DNA of 1,727 nt from Escherichia coli (GTDB taxonomy: Bacteria; Pseudomonadota; Gammaproteobacteria; Enterobacterales; Enterobacteriaceae). The stretch lies in NCBI RefSeq assembly GCF_003334815.1, contig NZ_QOWO01000094.1, one strand, 5' to 3'. Shown one piece after another: positions 1-1,727 of this stretch. The notes under the pieces are model-generated. The model saw nothing but the letters and a program-made list of their open reading frames with translations. It was not told where the DNA came from and did not search any database. A program made the translations under genes and the position numbers. The first letter of the stretch is position 1, and each line of letters starts with the position of its first letter.

Positions 1-1727
1 CTATGACAACCGTGGCCGGTTAACCTCGGTGAAAGACGCACAGGGCCGTGAAACGCGGTATGAATACAACGCCGCAGGCGACCTGACTGCCGTTATCACC
101 CCGGACGGCAACCGGAGCGAGACACAGTACGATGCGTGGGGAAAGGCGGTCAGCACCACGCAGGGCGGGCTGACGCGCAGTATGGAGTACGATGCTGCCG
201 GACGTGTCATCAGCCTGACCAACGAGAACGGCAGCCACAGCGTCTTCAGTTACGATGCGCTGGACCGGCTGGTACAGCAGGGCGGCTTTGACGGGCGGAC
301 GCAACGTTATCATTATGACCTGACCGGAAAACTCACACAGAGTGAGGATGAGGGACTTGTCATCCTCTGGTACTACGATGAATCGGACCGTATCACTCAC
401 CGCACGGTGAACGGCGAACCGGCAGAGCAGTGGCAGTATGATGAGCACGGGTGGTTAACCACCCTCAGCCATACCAGTGAAGGCCACCGCGTGTCGGTCC
501 ACTACGGCTATGACGATAAAGGCCGCCTGACCGGCGAATGCCAGACGGTGGAGAACCCGGAGACGGGGGAACTGCTGTGGCAGCATGAGACCGGACATGC
601 GTACAACGAACAGGGGCTGGCAAACCGCGTCACGCCGGACAGTCTGCCGCCGGTGGAGTGGCTGACCTACGGCAGCGGCTATCTTGCGGGCATGAAGCTG
701 GGCGGGACGCCGCTGCTGGAGTTCACGCGCGACCGCCTGCACCGTGAGACGGTGCGCAGCTTCGGCAGCATGGCAGGCAGTAATGCCGCATATAAACTGA
801 CCAGCACATACACCCCCGCAGGCCAGTTACAGAGCCAGCACCTGAACAGCCTGGTGTATGACCGTGACTACGGGTGGAATGACAACGGCGACCTGGTGCG
901 CATCAGCGGCCCGCGACAGACGCGGGAATACGGCTACAGCGCCACGGGCAGGCTGGAGAGTGTGCGCACCCTCGCACCAGACCTGGACATCCGCATCCCG
1001 TATGCCACGGACCCGGCGGGCAACCGGCTGCCGGACCCGGAGCTGCACCCGGACAGTACACTCACAGTGTGGCCGGATAACCGCATCGCGGAGGATGCGC
1101 ACTATGTCTACCGCCACGATGAATACGGCAGGCTGACGGAGAAGACGGACCGCATCCCGGCGGGTGTGATACGGACGGACGACGAGCGGACCCACCACTA
1201 CCACTACGACAGCCAGCACCGCCTGGTGTTCTACACGCGGATACAGCATGGCGAGCCACTGGTCGAGAGCCGCTACCTCTACGACCCGCTGGGACGGCGA
1301 ATGGCAAAACGGGTCTGGCGGCGGGAGCGTGACCTGACGGGGTGGATGTCGCTGTCGCGTAAACCGGAGGTGACGTGGTATGGCTGGGACGGAGACAGGC
1401 TGACGACGGTGCAGACTGACACCACACGTATCCAGACGGTATACGAGCCGGGAAGCTTCACGCCGCTCATCCGGGTCGAGACAGAGAACGGCGAGCGGGA
1501 AAAAGCGCAGCGGCGCAGCCTGGCAGAGACGCTCCAGCAGGAAGGGAGTGAGAACGGCCACGGCGTGGTGTTCCCGGCTGAACTGGTGCGGCTGCTGGAC
1601 AGGCTGGAGGAAGAAATCCGGGCAGACCGCGTGAGCAGTGAAAGCCGGGCGTGGCTTGCGCAGTGCGGGCTGACGGTGGAGCAACTGGCCAGACAGGTGG
1701 AGCCGGAATACACACCGGCGCGAAAAG
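1..1727 (+). CDS. Rhs-family YD-repeat protein, internal core fragment (partial at both ends; reading phase has the first complete codon at nt 2, last complete codon ends at nt 1726). Polymorphic toxin shell/core region; the toxin tip is not in the window.
   Basis: Seen in sequence: the frame starting at nt 2 is open across the entire window (575 codons, no stop), which is why it is missing from a stop-to-stop/ATG-based ORF track. The translation begins [50 protein letters not shown]... and contains repeated xxGxxxRYxYDxxGRL(I/T) units, e.g. [79 protein letters not shown]. Established knowledge: this is the Rhs/YD-repeat signature, and the protein closely matches the E. coli Rhs core as I remember it. 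The paralog (rhsA/B/C/D-type) cannot be assigned from memory, so the symbol is left empty. Confidence 0.95.

Noticed and set aside
20-448. 142-aa ORF on the minus strand
   Set aside because: Antisense shadow ORF inside the Rhs CDS; no recognisable motifs, and its composition mirrors the sense-strand codon bias.
455-742. 95-aa ORF on the minus strand
   Set aside because: Antisense shadow ORF inside the Rhs CDS; Arg/Ala/Gln-rich, and no ribosome-binding context could be evaluated as meaningful.
858-1136. 92-aa + strand ORF in an alternative frame
   Set aside because: It is out of phase with the continuous 575-codon Rhs frame, which has clear YD-repeat content. The alternative frame gives a Thr/Arg/Ala-rich low-complexity product.
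827-1684. 285-aa ORF on the minus strand
   Set aside because: It lies entirely antisense to the strongly supported Rhs core frame. Its translation is low-complexity and Arg/Pro/Val/Ala-rich (e.g. [11 protein letters not shown]), with no recognisable domain, as expected for a shadow ORF in GC-rich coding DNA where stop codons are scarce.
1062-1715. Three overlapping minus-strand ORFs (121, 144 and 82 aa; the 144-aa one is Ser-rich)
   Set aside because: They overlap each other and the sense Rhs frame in different phases. Ser/Pro/Arg/Ala-rich low-complexity translations are typical of out-of-frame readings of GC-rich sequence.
1-1727. Possible novel defence or toxin system in this window
   Set aside because: The window contains only conserved Rhs core sequence. 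The polymorphic toxin tip, immunity gene and any neighbouring accessory genes are not present, so novelty cannot be claimed from this sequence alone.
1-1727. DNA-level tandem repeats, CRISPR-like arrays or IS terminal inverted repeats
   Set aside because: The apparent periodicity is codon-level (YD-G-R-L protein repeats) with divergent nucleotide sequence between units. I saw no direct repeats with spacers, no inverted terminal repeats, and no tRNA/rRNA-like sequence.

Overview
The whole 1,727-nt window is an internal fragment of one long + strand ORF with no start or stop inside the window (first complete codon at nt 2, 575 sense codons). Its translation is a tandem array of YD-repeat motifs that I recognise as the conserved core ('shell') of an Rhs-family protein, very similar to what I recall of the Escherichia coli RhsA/B/C-type cores. 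Rhs proteins are polymorphic contact-dependent toxins, but the DPxGL-type core terminus, the variable toxin tip and the immunity gene would all lie downstream, outside this window. I found no RNA genes, CRISPR repeats, IS termini, promoters or terminators. All ORFs in the supplied track are shadow ORFs inside this GC-rich gene and are rejected. I see no support for a novel system here: this is a known family, and the observations below concern repeat architecture, composition and what would need to be examined in flanking sequence.
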